This document shows, in pieces, positions 1-8,753 of a DNA stretch of 64,000 nt. Location: contig CAWBZV010000003.1 of assembly GCA_963793305.1 (NCBI GenBank), positions 352,001-416,000 on the forward strand, given 5' to 3'. Under the pieces are notes generated by a model. It was not told the DNA's origin, searched no databases, and saw nothing but the letters and a program-made list of their open reading frames with translations. Made by a program: the position numbers and the translations under genes. The stretch's first letter is position 1, and each line of letters starts with the position of its first letter. The DNA comes from an uncultured Gemmatimonadales bacterium (GTDB lineage Bacteria; Gemmatimonadota; Gemmatimonadetes; Gemmatimonadales; Gemmatimonadaceae).

Positions 1-1
1 C

Positions 2-1249
2 GCTGGAGCGATCGTCGTCGTGTCAGGCACTGACCGCCAGGCAACCGTCGACACGGCCGGCCGATTCCAACTCGACAGCATTCCCCCTGGCGATCACGAG
101 CTCGGCGTCTTTCACCCGCTGCTCGACTCGTTGAACGTCTCGGTCGCGAGCAAAAACGTTTCGCTGCCCGCCGGTCAGGTGACATCGGTCGTCATGGCCA
201 CGCCTTCCGCGGCGACCGTGGTCGCGCTCTACTGCTCGGACGCTGAACGCCAGAGAGGCCCAGCGATGGTGATCGGGCGGGTGCTCGCCGCCGATATCGA
301 CGCTCCGATCACCGATGCGACCGTTCGCTACACGTCGGTTTCGATTGAGATCGGCAAGACCATCGGATTCAAGCGCAACACGTTCACCCGTGAGGGGAAC
401 GTGAAGGCGACCGGCGAGTTCGCCCTTTGCGGCCTGCCGGCGGCCAGCGGCGGGACCGTGCGCGCCACCCGCGGGCAGATCGCCACCGGAGAAATGGTCG
501 CCGATGTGTCGAGGAGACTGTTGGCGATCGTGACGCTGCGTCTCGATACCCTGAAACGTGGGACCGCGGTCGTGACCGGACGCATCGTCGACGACAAGGG
601 GACGCCGATCCCGCACGCTGACGTGGCGCTCGCGGGCTCGAGCATCAAGACGGTGACGGGCGATGGCGGGTCATTCGCCATGCGCGACCTCCCAGCGGGA
701 TCGCAGACGATCCAGGTTCGGAAGGTGGGGTTTGTCGCGGTCGACACCGCGCTCATGCTATCGTCCCGGTCTCCCGTGCAGGTCGCGATGGCGCTGCACG
801 CCGCAGCGGTGACGCTCAGCACCGTCAACGTCCAGGCCGAGCGGCTCGCCGCGCTCCAGCGGGTGGGGTTCGAGCGGCGCAGGAAGACCGGCATCGGGCA
901 TTACCTGACCGCCGATGAGATTCGGCAGCGCGGCGAGGGTCGCCTTTCCGATGTCGCGCGCATGATTCCCGGGCTCGAGATCCGCTATACAGGGACCGGG
1001 CTGCCCGTGATCGTGCAGGGACGGGGCGCGTCCCGCACTCCGACGGGATGCGTCAACTACCTGCTCGACGGATACCCGTACCTGGACCGGCCCCCCGGCA
1101 CCATCGACGGCCTCGTGAGATCCGAGGACATCATCGGGTTGGAAGTGTACGGGCCATCGGAGGTGCCGGCCGATCTAACCGTGACTCAGGCCGGCACGTC
1201 GAGTTGCACGCTCGTGGTGATCTGGACCCGCGCCACGTCGAAGGATTAG
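2..1249 (+). CDS. Carboxypeptidase-regulatory-like domain protein with C-terminal TonB-plug-like domain (5' truncated by window edge)
   Basis: Frame open from base 2; beta-sandwich motifs (VTGRIVDDKGTPIPHADV, GSFAMRDLPAGSQTIQVRKVGF); plug-like C-terminus (GFERRRKTGIGHYLT, CVNYLLDG, GLEVY, CTLVVIWTR). Confidence 0.7.
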   Translation, partial: AGAIVVVSGTDRQATVDTAGRFQLDSIPPGDHELGVFHPLLDSLNVSVASKNVSLPAGQVTSVVMATPSAATVVALYCSDAERQRGPAMVIGRVLAADIDAPITDATVRYTSVSIEIGKTIGFKRNTFTREGNVKATGEFALCGLPAASGGTVRATRGQIATGEMVADVSRRLLAIVTLRLDTLKRGTAVVTGRIVDDKGTPIPHADVALAGSSIKTVTGDGGSFAMRDLPAGSQTIQVRKVGFVAVDTALMLSSRSPVQVAMALHAAAVTLSTVNVQAERLAALQRVGFERRRKTGIGHYLTADEIRQRGEGRLSDVARMIPGLEIRYTGTGLPVIVQGRGASRTPTGCVNYLLDGYPYLDRPPGTIDGLVRSEDIIGLEVYGPSEVPADLTVTQAGTSSCTLVVIWTRATSKD

Positions 1250-2613
1250 GTCGCCAGTTTATTCGCGGCGTTCAGCGCGGCGACTTTATAGCACTCGGCT
1301 AGCGTGGGGTAATTGAAGACGGTCTCGAGGAAGTAATCGAGCCCGCCCCCTAGGCCGAGCACCGCCTGGCCGATGTGCAGAAGCTCCGTCGCGTTCGTGC
1401 CCATGATGTGCACGCCGAGCAGCCGCCGATCGGCTCTATGGAACAGCATTTTGAAGAACCCGCTGTCGTCGCCGAGTATCTGTCCACGCGCGATCTCGCG
1501 GTAGCGCGCAACGCCGACCTCATAGGGTACTTTTTGCTTGGTGAGCTCGTGCTCGGGCTGCCCGACCATGCTCACCTCGGGAATCGCGTAGATCCCGATG
1601 GGAAAGTGCGCGGACATGGGTCGCGCCGAGGCGCCGAGTGCATGGCATGCCGCGAGCCGCCCTTGCTCGCTCGACGTCGCGGCGAGGCTCGGATAGCCGA
1701 TCACGTCGCCCGCGGCGTAGATGTGCGGCACGCTCGTGCGGAACATGGGATCGACGGCGAGGCGGCCGCGGTCATCGGCTGTGAGGCCAGCCTTGTCGAG
1801 CGCGAGGTCAGACGTCGCGCCGAGGCGACCGACCGCGAAGAGGACCATGTCCGAGACGATGCGTTTGCCGGACTCGGTCATGACGGCAACCTTCGGCGTG
1901 ACGCCATCGACTTTCTCGATGCGATCGACGCCTTCGTTCGGCCGGTACTGCACGTTGACCTTGCGGAGCTGGTGCAGCAGCTCGTCGACGATCTCGTGAT
2001 CCAGAAACTCGAGCGGCCGGTCGCGCCGATCGATGAGCGTGACGTTGACGCCGAGCGCGGCGAACATCGAGGCGTACTCGACGCCGATCACTCCGGCGCC
2101 GACGACGGTCAGCGACATCGGCAGCCGCTTCATCCCGCCGATATCGTCGCTGGTCATAACCGTCTCGCCGTCGGTCGCGGCGCCCGGCGGCGGCGCGGGC
2201 GTTGTCCCGGTCGCGATCAGCACGTGCTCGGCCTCGATCTGCTGCGTCCCGTTCGAGCCTTGCACGACGACCGTGTGCGGATCGATGAACGACGCTTTGC
2301 CCTGCACGATGTCGATGCCGTTTCGGGCCAGTTGGTTGGTGATGACGCTTTCTTCGCGGTCGATGACCTGTCCGACGCGGGCCAGGAGGTCGGTGGCCGA
2401 GGGCCGGGCTGATGCGCGCGGCGTGCCCTGGGTCGCGATAAATGTGCGGATGGCTTCCCGGAACGTCTTGCTCGGTATCGTGCCGGTGCCCGTGCAGACG
2501 CCACCGACGGCGCCGCGTTCGACGATGATCGCGCGGCGGCCGAGCTTGGCGGCTTGCACGGCGCCGCGCTGACCGGCCGGGCCGCTGCCGATGCACAACA
2601 GGTCATATCGCAT
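1246..2613 (-). CDS. sthA: Soluble (Si-specific) NAD(P)+ transhydrogenase
   Basis: IGSGPAGQRGA FAD motif; GGVCTGTGTIPSK lacking the second Cys of disulfide reductases; C-terminal VFNYPTLAECYKVAALN. Confidence 0.9.
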   Translation of the reverse strand: MRYDLLCIGSGPAGQRGAVQAAKLGRRAIIVERGAVGGVCTGTGTIPSKTFREAIRTFIATQGTPRASARPSATDLLARVGQVIDREESVITNQLARNGIDIVQGKASFIDPHTVVVQGSNGTQQIEAEHVLIATGTTPAPPPGAATDGETVMTSDDIGGMKRLPMSLTVVGAGVIGVEYASMFAALGVNVTLIDRRDRPLEFLDHEIVDELLHQLRKVNVQYRPNEGVDRIEKVDGVTPKVAVMTESGKRIVSDMVLFAVGRLGATSDLALDKAGLTADDRGRLAVDPMFRTSVPHIYAAGDVIGYPSLAATSSEQGRLAACHALGASARPMSAHFPIGIYAIPEVSMVGQPEHELTKQKVPYEVGVARYREIARGQILGDDSGFFKMLFHRADRRLLGVHIMGTNATELLHIGQAVLGLGGGLDYFLETVFNYPTLAECYKVAALNAANKLAT

Positions 2614-2681
2614 ATGTCAGGTAGTATTGTCGCGGCGGATCACGCCGCTGTCACGGGGCATCGCGAGTTATTTTCCGGCCT

Positions 2682-3566
2682 ATGCGTATCGGTTTCATAG
2701 GACTCGGCCGCATGGGCGTCGGCATGGCCGGCCGCCTGGTGGATGCGGGGCACACCCTCGCCGTTTATAACCGGACCGCCCAGCGCGGAGAAAAATTGCG
2801 CGAGCGGGGCGCTGTCCTGGCCGAAACGCCGGAGGCGGCGGCCCGGGGCGCCGAGGTCGTGGTCACGATGCTGGCCGACGACCCGGCCGTAGAACATGTG
2901 GTATTCGCGGCCGACGGCATTCTCGCCGCGATGGACAACAATGCCGTGCACGTCTCCGCGAGCACGATCAGCGTCTCGCTCGCCCGCCGGCTGATGGCGG
3001 CCCATGCCCGTGCCGGCCAACGCTACGTCTCGGCGCCGGTGTTCGGGCGCCCGGACGCCGCAGCCGCGGGTCGCTTGTTCGTGGTCGCCGGTGGCCCGGA
3101 CGACGTTCTTGCGTACCTACAGCCGCTCTTCGACGCGATCGGCCAGCGGACGTATCGCATGGGCGCAGACCCGAGCAACGCGAATCTCGTGAAGCTCTCG
3201 GGCAATTTCATGTTGTTCGCGGCGATCGAGGCGTTGGCCGAGGCGTTTGCGCTGGTCCGGAAAGCGGGCGTGGATGTCGCGGCCTTCAAGGATCTATTGA
3301 CGTCGTCATTGTTCAACGCGCCGGTCTATCACACGTACGGCGACTTGCTGGTCTCGGCAAATGACCAGAACCCGGGCTTCACCGTACCCCTGGCGCTCAA
3401 GGATGTGCGTCTCGCGATCGCGGCGGCCGAGTCGTTGCGGGTGCCGATGCCGGTCGCGAGTCTCGTGCACGATGCATTCGTGACGGCGATGGCCCGCGGC
3501 TACGAGAATCGCGATCAAGCGGTGCTGGGTCGCGTCGCCGCGGAGAACGCCGGCGTCACAGTCTGA
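2682..3566 (+). CDS. NAD(P)-dependent oxidoreductase, beta-hydroxyacid dehydrogenase family
   Basis: IGFIGLGRMG, YNRT, SAPVFGRP, VKLSGN and LKD motifs. Confidence 0.85.
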   Translation: MRIGFIGLGRMGVGMAGRLVDAGHTLAVYNRTAQRGEKLRERGAVLAETPEAAARGAEVVVTMLADDPAVEHVVFAADGILAAMDNNAVHVSASTISVSLARRLMAAHARAGQRYVSAPVFGRPDAAAAGRLFVVAGGPDDVLAYLQPLFDAIGQRTYRMGADPSNANLVKLSGNFMLFAAIEALAEAFALVRKAGVDVAAFKDLLTSSLFNAPVYHTYGDLLVSANDQNPGFTVPLALKDVRLAIAAAESLRVPMPVASLVHDAFVTAMARGYENRDQAVLGRVAAENAGVTV

Positions 3567-4556
3567 ATGGCGATGCGATATATCGCCTTCTCGGAGCCGG
3601 GGCCGCCGGACGTGCTGGAGCTCGCGACTGGGCCCGTTCCCGCGTTTGGCGACAACAACGTCTTGATCGAGGTGGCGGCGGCGGGCGTCAACCGCCCGGA
3701 TGTCTTCCAGCGGCTGGGGAAGTATCCGCCGCCCCCGGGTGCGTCGCCGATCCTGGGACTCGAGGTTGCCGGTCGAGTCGCCGAGGTTGGGCGCGATGTC
3801 GGGCAATGGAAGGTCGGCGACACGGTCTGCGCGCTCGTGGCGGGCGGAGGGTACGCCGAGTATTGCGTGGCGCCTGCTGTACAGTGTTTACCGGTGCCGC
3901 GTGGTCTCTCGCTCATACAAGCGGCCGCGATCCCCGAGACGTTCTTCACCGTCTGGACGAACGTGTTCCAGCGGGGGCGGCTCACGATGGGCGAGACGTG
4001 CCTAATTCACGGTGGTACGAGTGGCATTGGGACGACGGCCATTCAGCTCGCGACCGCCATCGGCGCGCGGGTGTTCGCGACGGTCGGATCCGAGGAGAAG
4101 CGCGCGGCAGCGGAGTCGCTCGGCGCCGAGATGGCGATTAACTACCAGCGCGCCGACTTTGTCGCCGAGGTCATGCGGGCAACGGCCGGTCGTGGGGTCG
4201 ATGTGATTCTCGACATGGTCGGCGGTCCGTATGTGGCTCGCAACTTTCAGGCCTTGGCGATCGGTGGCCGACTCGTGCAGATATCGTTTCTGCAGGGCAG
4301 TCGCGTTGATCTCGACTTGCATCCGATCATGGCCAAGCGGCTGACGTTCACGGGTTCGACTCTTCGCCCGCGGTCGGTCGAGGAGAAGGGTGCACTCGCG
4401 CGGGAAGTGCACGAGCACGTGTGGCCGCTGCTCGAATCGGGGCGTGTGCGCCCGATCATCGATCAGACTTTCCCGTTGGCGGAGGCGGTCGCGGCGCACC
4501 GGCGGATCGAATCCGCGGAGCACATTGGAAAGGTCGTGCTGACTGTCAGCCGGTAG
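3567..4556 (+). CDS. NAD(P)H-quinone oxidoreductase, PIG3/zeta-crystallin family
   Basis: AAGVNRPD, PILGLEVAG, GGGYAEY, IHGGTSGIG, GSTLRPR, HIGKVVL. Confidence 0.9.
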   Translation: MAMRYIAFSEPGPPDVLELATGPVPAFGDNNVLIEVAAAGVNRPDVFQRLGKYPPPPGASPILGLEVAGRVAEVGRDVGQWKVGDTVCALVAGGGYAEYCVAPAVQCLPVPRGLSLIQAAAIPETFFTVWTNVFQRGRLTMGETCLIHGGTSGIGTTAIQLATAIGARVFATVGSEEKRAAAESLGAEMAINYQRADFVAEVMRATAGRGVDVILDMVGGPYVARNFQALAIGGRLVQISFLQGSRVDLDLHPIMAKRLTFTGSTLRPRSVEEKGALAREVHEHVWPLLESGRVRPIIDQTFPLAEAVAAHRRIESAEHIGKVVLTVSR

Positions 4557-4578
4557 CTTTTCCGCCGATATTACGGCC

Positions 4579-5496
4579 GTGGCTCCCGTAACTGCTCTCG
4601 CGTCGATCGACGGCCTGATGTCTGGGCTCATCGACTACGCCGGTTTGTTCCCGCCGGCGGGGCTCGACATGGCGACCGCCGTTCGGAACTACGCCAACTA
4701 TGCGGGCGACGGGCAGCGGCGAATGCTCGGGACGTTCATTGTGCCGGCCCCGCGACTCGAGGAGTTCGAGGAGGCCGCCGCGCCACATTTGGGGCGCGGC
4801 GGTCCGCGGTGGCACTTAAGCGTGCTGGCGGGGGCGGAGGACATGGAGGCCAGCATGTCGCGAGTGGCGGACTTCAATCGCCGGCATCGCCCGGGTCGCG
4901 GCACTGGTCGAGCCTCGATCGACGTGATCGAGGCGAAGGCCTCGACCCCCGGCGAGGTCTCGGCGTTCGCGAGCAAGCGACCGCCGGATGTCGCGTTGAC
5001 CTTCGAGATCCCGACCGCCGCGGATCCATCGCCGCTCATCGGCGAGATCTCGCGGGCTGGGGGTCGGGCGAAGATTCGCACCGGTGGGGTCGTGGCGGAT
5101 GCCATTCCGGGAGTGGCCGAGGTCGTGCGATTTCTGCGCGCGTGCGCGCGCGGGGCGGTTGCGTTCAAGGCGACGGCGGGATTGCATCACGCGGTTCGCG
5201 GCCCCTATCGGTTGACGTACGCGCCCGACAGTCCTACGGCTGTCATGCATGGATTCTTGAATGTGTTCTGCACGGCTGCTTTTGTTCGAACCGGCATCCC
5301 CGCGACGGACGCGGTCGCAATGATGGAGGAGACCGCCGCCGAGGCGTTTCAGTTCGACGGCGGGGGCGTGACCTGGCGGAATCGGCGCATCACGACGCCG
5401 GCGATCACGGCCGCGCGCGCGAACTATTCGCTCTCGTTCGGTTCGTGCTCGTTCAATGAGCCGGTCGACGAGTTGCGCGCATTGCACTTGATCTGA
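4579..5496 (+). CDS. Conserved hypothetical protein upstream of fahA
   Basis: LIDYAGLFPPA, AKIRTGG, FKATAGLHH, SFGSCSF motifs; abuts fahA. Confidence 0.7.
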   Translation: MAPVTALASIDGLMSGLIDYAGLFPPAGLDMATAVRNYANYAGDGQRRMLGTFIVPAPRLEEFEEAAAPHLGRGGPRWHLSVLAGAEDMEASMSRVADFNRRHRPGRGTGRASIDVIEAKASTPGEVSAFASKRPPDVALTFEIPTAADPSPLIGEISRAGGRAKIRTGGVVADAIPGVAEVVRFLRACARGAVAFKATAGLHHAVRGPYRLTYAPDSPTAVMHGFLNVFCTAAFVRTGIPATDAVAMMEETAAEAFQFDGGGVTWRNRRITTPAITAARANYSLSFGSCSFNEPVDELRALHLI

Positions 5497-5610
5497 ATGT
5501 CTGACGTGCCGATCTCGTCTGAAATGCCGGTGCCGTCTGACGGGCAGTGCCGCCTGACATGCCCGGTGCCGTCTGACATGCCCGATGCCGTCTGACACGT
5601 CGATGCCGTC
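5497..5610 (+). repeat. Degenerate 18-19 bp tandem repeat (core TGCCGTCTGAC)
   Basis: About six imperfect units such as ATGCCGGTGCCGTCTGAC, ATGCCCGGTGCCGTCTGAC, ATGCCCGATGCCGTCTGAC. Confidence 0.75.
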
Positions 5611-6850
5611 CTGGGTCGAATCCGCAGAATCGCCGGACACGGACTTCCCGCTGAGTAATTTGCCGTTCGGTGTGCTCGCCGACGGCCGCGTGGTCGTAGC
5701 GATAGGCGACCAGGTTCTCGATCTCAGCGCCGCCCACGCCGTCGGTCTTCTCGCGAGTCCCATCGCTTCGTTGCACGCATTGATGTCACAGGGCCCAAGG
5801 GCGTGGCGCTCGTTACGCTCACGCGTGACCGCGCTGCTGTCAGCGGACACGCCAGAGGGAGGGCGCGCGCGAAGCGCCGCCGAGAAGTTGCTCTCGCCGA
5901 TGGCGTCCGCCGACCTCGCTCTCCCGGCAGTCGGCGACTACACGGATTTCTACGCGTCGGTGCATCACGCGACGAACGTCGGCCGCCTATTCCGCCCGGA
6001 CAACCCGCTCCTCCCGAACTACAAGCACGTACCGATCGGCTACCACGGCCGTGCATCATCGCTGGTTCCCAGCGGCACCCCGATTCGTCGCCCTCGCGGC
6101 CAGAGCAAGCTGCCCGATGCCGACGCCCCTGTCTTTGGCCCGACACGCTCACTCGACTACGAGGCCGAGATCGGTTTTTTCGTCGGCCCGGGCAACGCGC
6201 TCGGAGTTCCGATTCCGATCGCCGAGGCCGAGGATCACATCTTCGGATTCTGCCTGGTGAACGACTGGTCGGCGCGCGACATCCAGTCATGGGAGTATCA
6301 GCCACTCGGGCCATTTCTCGGAAAGAGCTTCGCCACGACTCTCTCACCGTGGATCATATCGCTGGACGCGCTCGCCCCATTTCGCGTCCCAGTATCCCCG
6401 CGGCCCGCGGGCGATCCATCGCCTCTGCCATATCTCGATCTCGAGTCTCGCGCCGACACGTTGGATCTGTGGATCGAGGTCTATCTAACGACTGAGCGCA
6501 TGCGCGAGTCGGGCTCCGCTCCCTATCGCCTCAGTCGCGGCAACTTTCGCGATCTCTACTGGACCGCGGCCCAGATGCTCACGCATCACGCGAGCAACGG
6601 CTGCAATCTGCGCCCGGGCGATCTCCTCGCCAGCGGCACGATCTCGGGCGCCACGCCGGATTCGTTGGGCTGCCTCTTGGAGCTGACCCGCCGCGGTGCC
6701 GCTCCGCTCACTCTCCCCACGGGTGAGTCCCGCTCGTTCCTAGCGGATGGCGACGAGATCGTGCTGCGCGCTTTCTGCGAGCGGCCGGGCTTTCACCGCA
6801 TCGGCTTCGGCCGGTGCAGCGGCATTATTTTGCCGGCGGTAAGTAGCTGA
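5497..6850 (+). CDS. fahA: Fumarylacetoacetase (intact ORF from 5585; repeat-rich 5' extension from ATG 5497 is out of frame)
   Basis: DFPLSNLPFG, GDYTDFYAS, PIGYHGRASS, NDWSARDIQSWEYQPLGPF, SGTISG, RIGFG. Confidence 0.92.
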
Positions 6851-6883
6851 CGATCGACTGACGGCACGCGCTATCGATCGTGC

Positions 6884-7298
6884 GTGCGCCACGTAGAGAT
6901 CCTCGCCGAAGTGCCTGATGACGTGTGTCGACTGCTTCGCATCGACACGAACGTCTCGCGTGGTGATGATAAATCCGGCGACCGTGTCCCATATATTCGC
7001 GCAACGATCATTTCGGGACGCTGCGATAATTGTTGGGCTTCTCGCACGGCAAGAGTTGAATCCGGTGATTTGTGGACGAGACCAGGTATACCCTCGCTCG
7101 TTCTTCATCATGGAGTTGCCATTCGTGGGTGCACGCGAGTGGGTCAGGATCATTCTGAAGCGCGTCTCTGCAGCAACAAGCGCGAGCAAGCACGATGAGA
7201 TCTGGGTAGTGACTGCGCACCTCGTGGGAAATTCCACGTTGTTTCAGATGTTGAAGAGCAGTAGGTTCGTCATGCACAGAACGACGAGGGGCCGCTGA
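6884..7298 (+). CDS. Orphan protein, possibly BECR-fold (Barnase/EndoU/colicin/RelE, PBECR3-like) nuclease; probable frameshift near 6955
   Basis: Joining frames 6884 and 6918 gives MRHVEILAEVPDDVCRLLRI..VMINPATVSHIFAQR..NPVICGRD..VRIILK..DEIWVVTAH..LKSSRF; visibly AT-richer than neighbours; family call is pattern recognition only. Confidence 0.4.
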
Positions 7299-7479
7299 GG
7301 GCGGCAAGCACTCCGCCAGACGTATCTGAAGTTGGGTCTATAACCAATGCCGGGACATGCGTGTCCGGCCAGTAGGCAACTACTGAGGGCAGAAAATCGC
7401 GCTATGCCAGGGGACCCCTAGAGATCGGGACACAAATGCCGGGATACAGTGCGACCGGCCAGCGGTCACTCGCTAACAC

Positions 7480-7514
7480 ACGAAGGCCCGGGCAATGTCA
7501 GCCCGGGCCTTCGT
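7480..7514. terminator. Perfect 14-bp hairpin between convergent genes
   Basis: ACGAAGGCCCGGGC-AATGTCA-GCCCGGGCCTTCGT, 12 bp beyond the SRPBCC stop. Confidence 0.7.
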
Positions 7515-7526
7515 CCATCTCACGAG

Positions 7527-7973
7527 TTACTTCGACGCCCGCGCTTTGGCCCGCGTCGCAAGCATGTCCGTGATCTTCGTCCACCCCGCCGTGTGACGCT
7601 CCACCTTATCCTCCGCCAACCCAACATGCGTCAACACGAGCTCACACCGTGACGCCCCACGCGGCGTCAGCTCGATGGTCACGACCGACGGCCGATTGTC
7701 AGTGTGCTTGGATATCCACGTAAACTTGAGCAGCCGCGGCCGATCAATGGCGAGATACTCGCCCGTGTGCCTGTGTACGTCGCCCACTCCGATCATATCG
7801 ATGCGAAACTTGCCGCCGACTCTCGCGTCGACCTCAACGTCAACGCGCTGCACGTCACCGGGCTTCATGAACTCCATGAGACTCATGGGATCTGTCCACG
7901 CATCGAACACTTCTTCACAGCTCGCGTCCATCTGCTTTCTCACAACGAGCGATCCCGATTGCAACTGATCCAT
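7527..7973 (-). CDS. SRPBCC/AHSA1-like domain protein
   Basis: VFDAWTDP, DARVGGKFRIDM, GEYLAIDRPRLLKFTW, LVLTH, GW. Confidence 0.88.
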   Translation of the reverse strand: MDQLQSGSLVVRKQMDASCEEVFDAWTDPMSLMEFMKPGDVQRVDVEVDARVGGKFRIDMIGVGDVHRHTGEYLAIDRPRLLKFTWISKHTDNRPSVVTIELTPRGASRCELVLTHVGLAEDKVERHTAGWTKITDMLATRAKARASK

Positions 7974-8015
7974 CGGTGCAGTGCCTCGCGGTGTTGATGT
8001 AGTTATTGGGTTGCG

Positions 8016-8357
8016 TTAGCGATGCCGCTTGCGCTTCTCGATGATATGCCGCTCGAGCGCCGCCAGCCGGTCTTCCCAATATCGTCGGTACTGATCGACG
8101 AAACTCTGTACGCCTCGCATAGGCTCCGGTGTCAGCGCGATGTGATGCTCGCGCCCCAGAATGGTCCGTCGAACGAGCCCTGCCCGCTCCAGCACACGCA
8201 CGTGCTTGGACACCGCATTGAGGGACACATCGAACGGCTCCGCGAGCTCCGTCACGGTGGCGTCCCCCCGCTGCAGCCGCGCGAGCAATGCTCGCCGCGT
8301 CGGATCTCCCAGCGCGGCGAACACACGGCTCAAACTTTCATCTGCATAATCAACCAT
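8016..8357 (-). CDS. ArsR/SmtB family transcriptional regulator
   Basis: VFAALGDPTRRALL..TVTELAEPF..AVSKHVRVLERAGLV; likely start MVDY at 8357; upstream of SRPBCC gene. Confidence 0.9.
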   Translation of the reverse strand: MVDYADESLSRVFAALGDPTRRALLARLQRGDATVTELAEPFDVSLNAVSKHVRVLERAGLVRRTILGREHHIALTPEPMRGVQSFVDQYRRYWEDRLAALERHIIEKRKRHR

Positions 8358-8368
8358 ACGGTTTAATA
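8348..8368. promoter_or_regulatory. Probable ArsR autoregulatory operator
   Basis: AACC-ATAC-GGTT palindrome in AT-rich flanks overlapping the ArsR start codon. Confidence 0.5.
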
Positions 8369-8426
8369 TTGAGTTCCGGGTCGCCCCACGGTCAACTGTT
8401 GGAATATCCAGAGTATCTTTTGGCCC

Positions 8427-8753
8427 ATGGCGCACCTGCGACTGGATGATGTCATGCGCACGCTCCCGAAGCCGAGCGAGGAGCAGTGGGTTGTCCCATT
8501 CGAACACGGCACGCTCCAGGTCGGGCTCTACGCGCCGCGCGGCCGGGATGACCAGACACCACACACACGCGACGAGGTCTACGTCGTCATGCGCGGCACG
8601 GGAACGTTCGTGAACGGCGCCGAGCATTCCCGGTTCGCACTGGGCGATGTCCTGTTCGTTCCAGCGCATCGCGAACACCGCTTCGAGGCGATGAGCGACG
8701 ATTTCGCGGCGTGGGTTTTCTTTTACGGCCCCGAGGGCGGCGAACGCGCGTGA
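8427..8753 (+). CDS. Cupin domain protein
   Basis: DQTPHTRDEVYVV, GDVLFVPAHREHRF, WVFFYGP. Confidence 0.88.
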   Translation: MAHLRLDDVMRTLPKPSEEQWVVPFEHGTLQVGLYAPRGRDDQTPHTRDEVYVVMRGTGTFVNGAEHSRFALGDVLFVPAHREHRFEAMSDDFAAWVFFYGPEGGERA

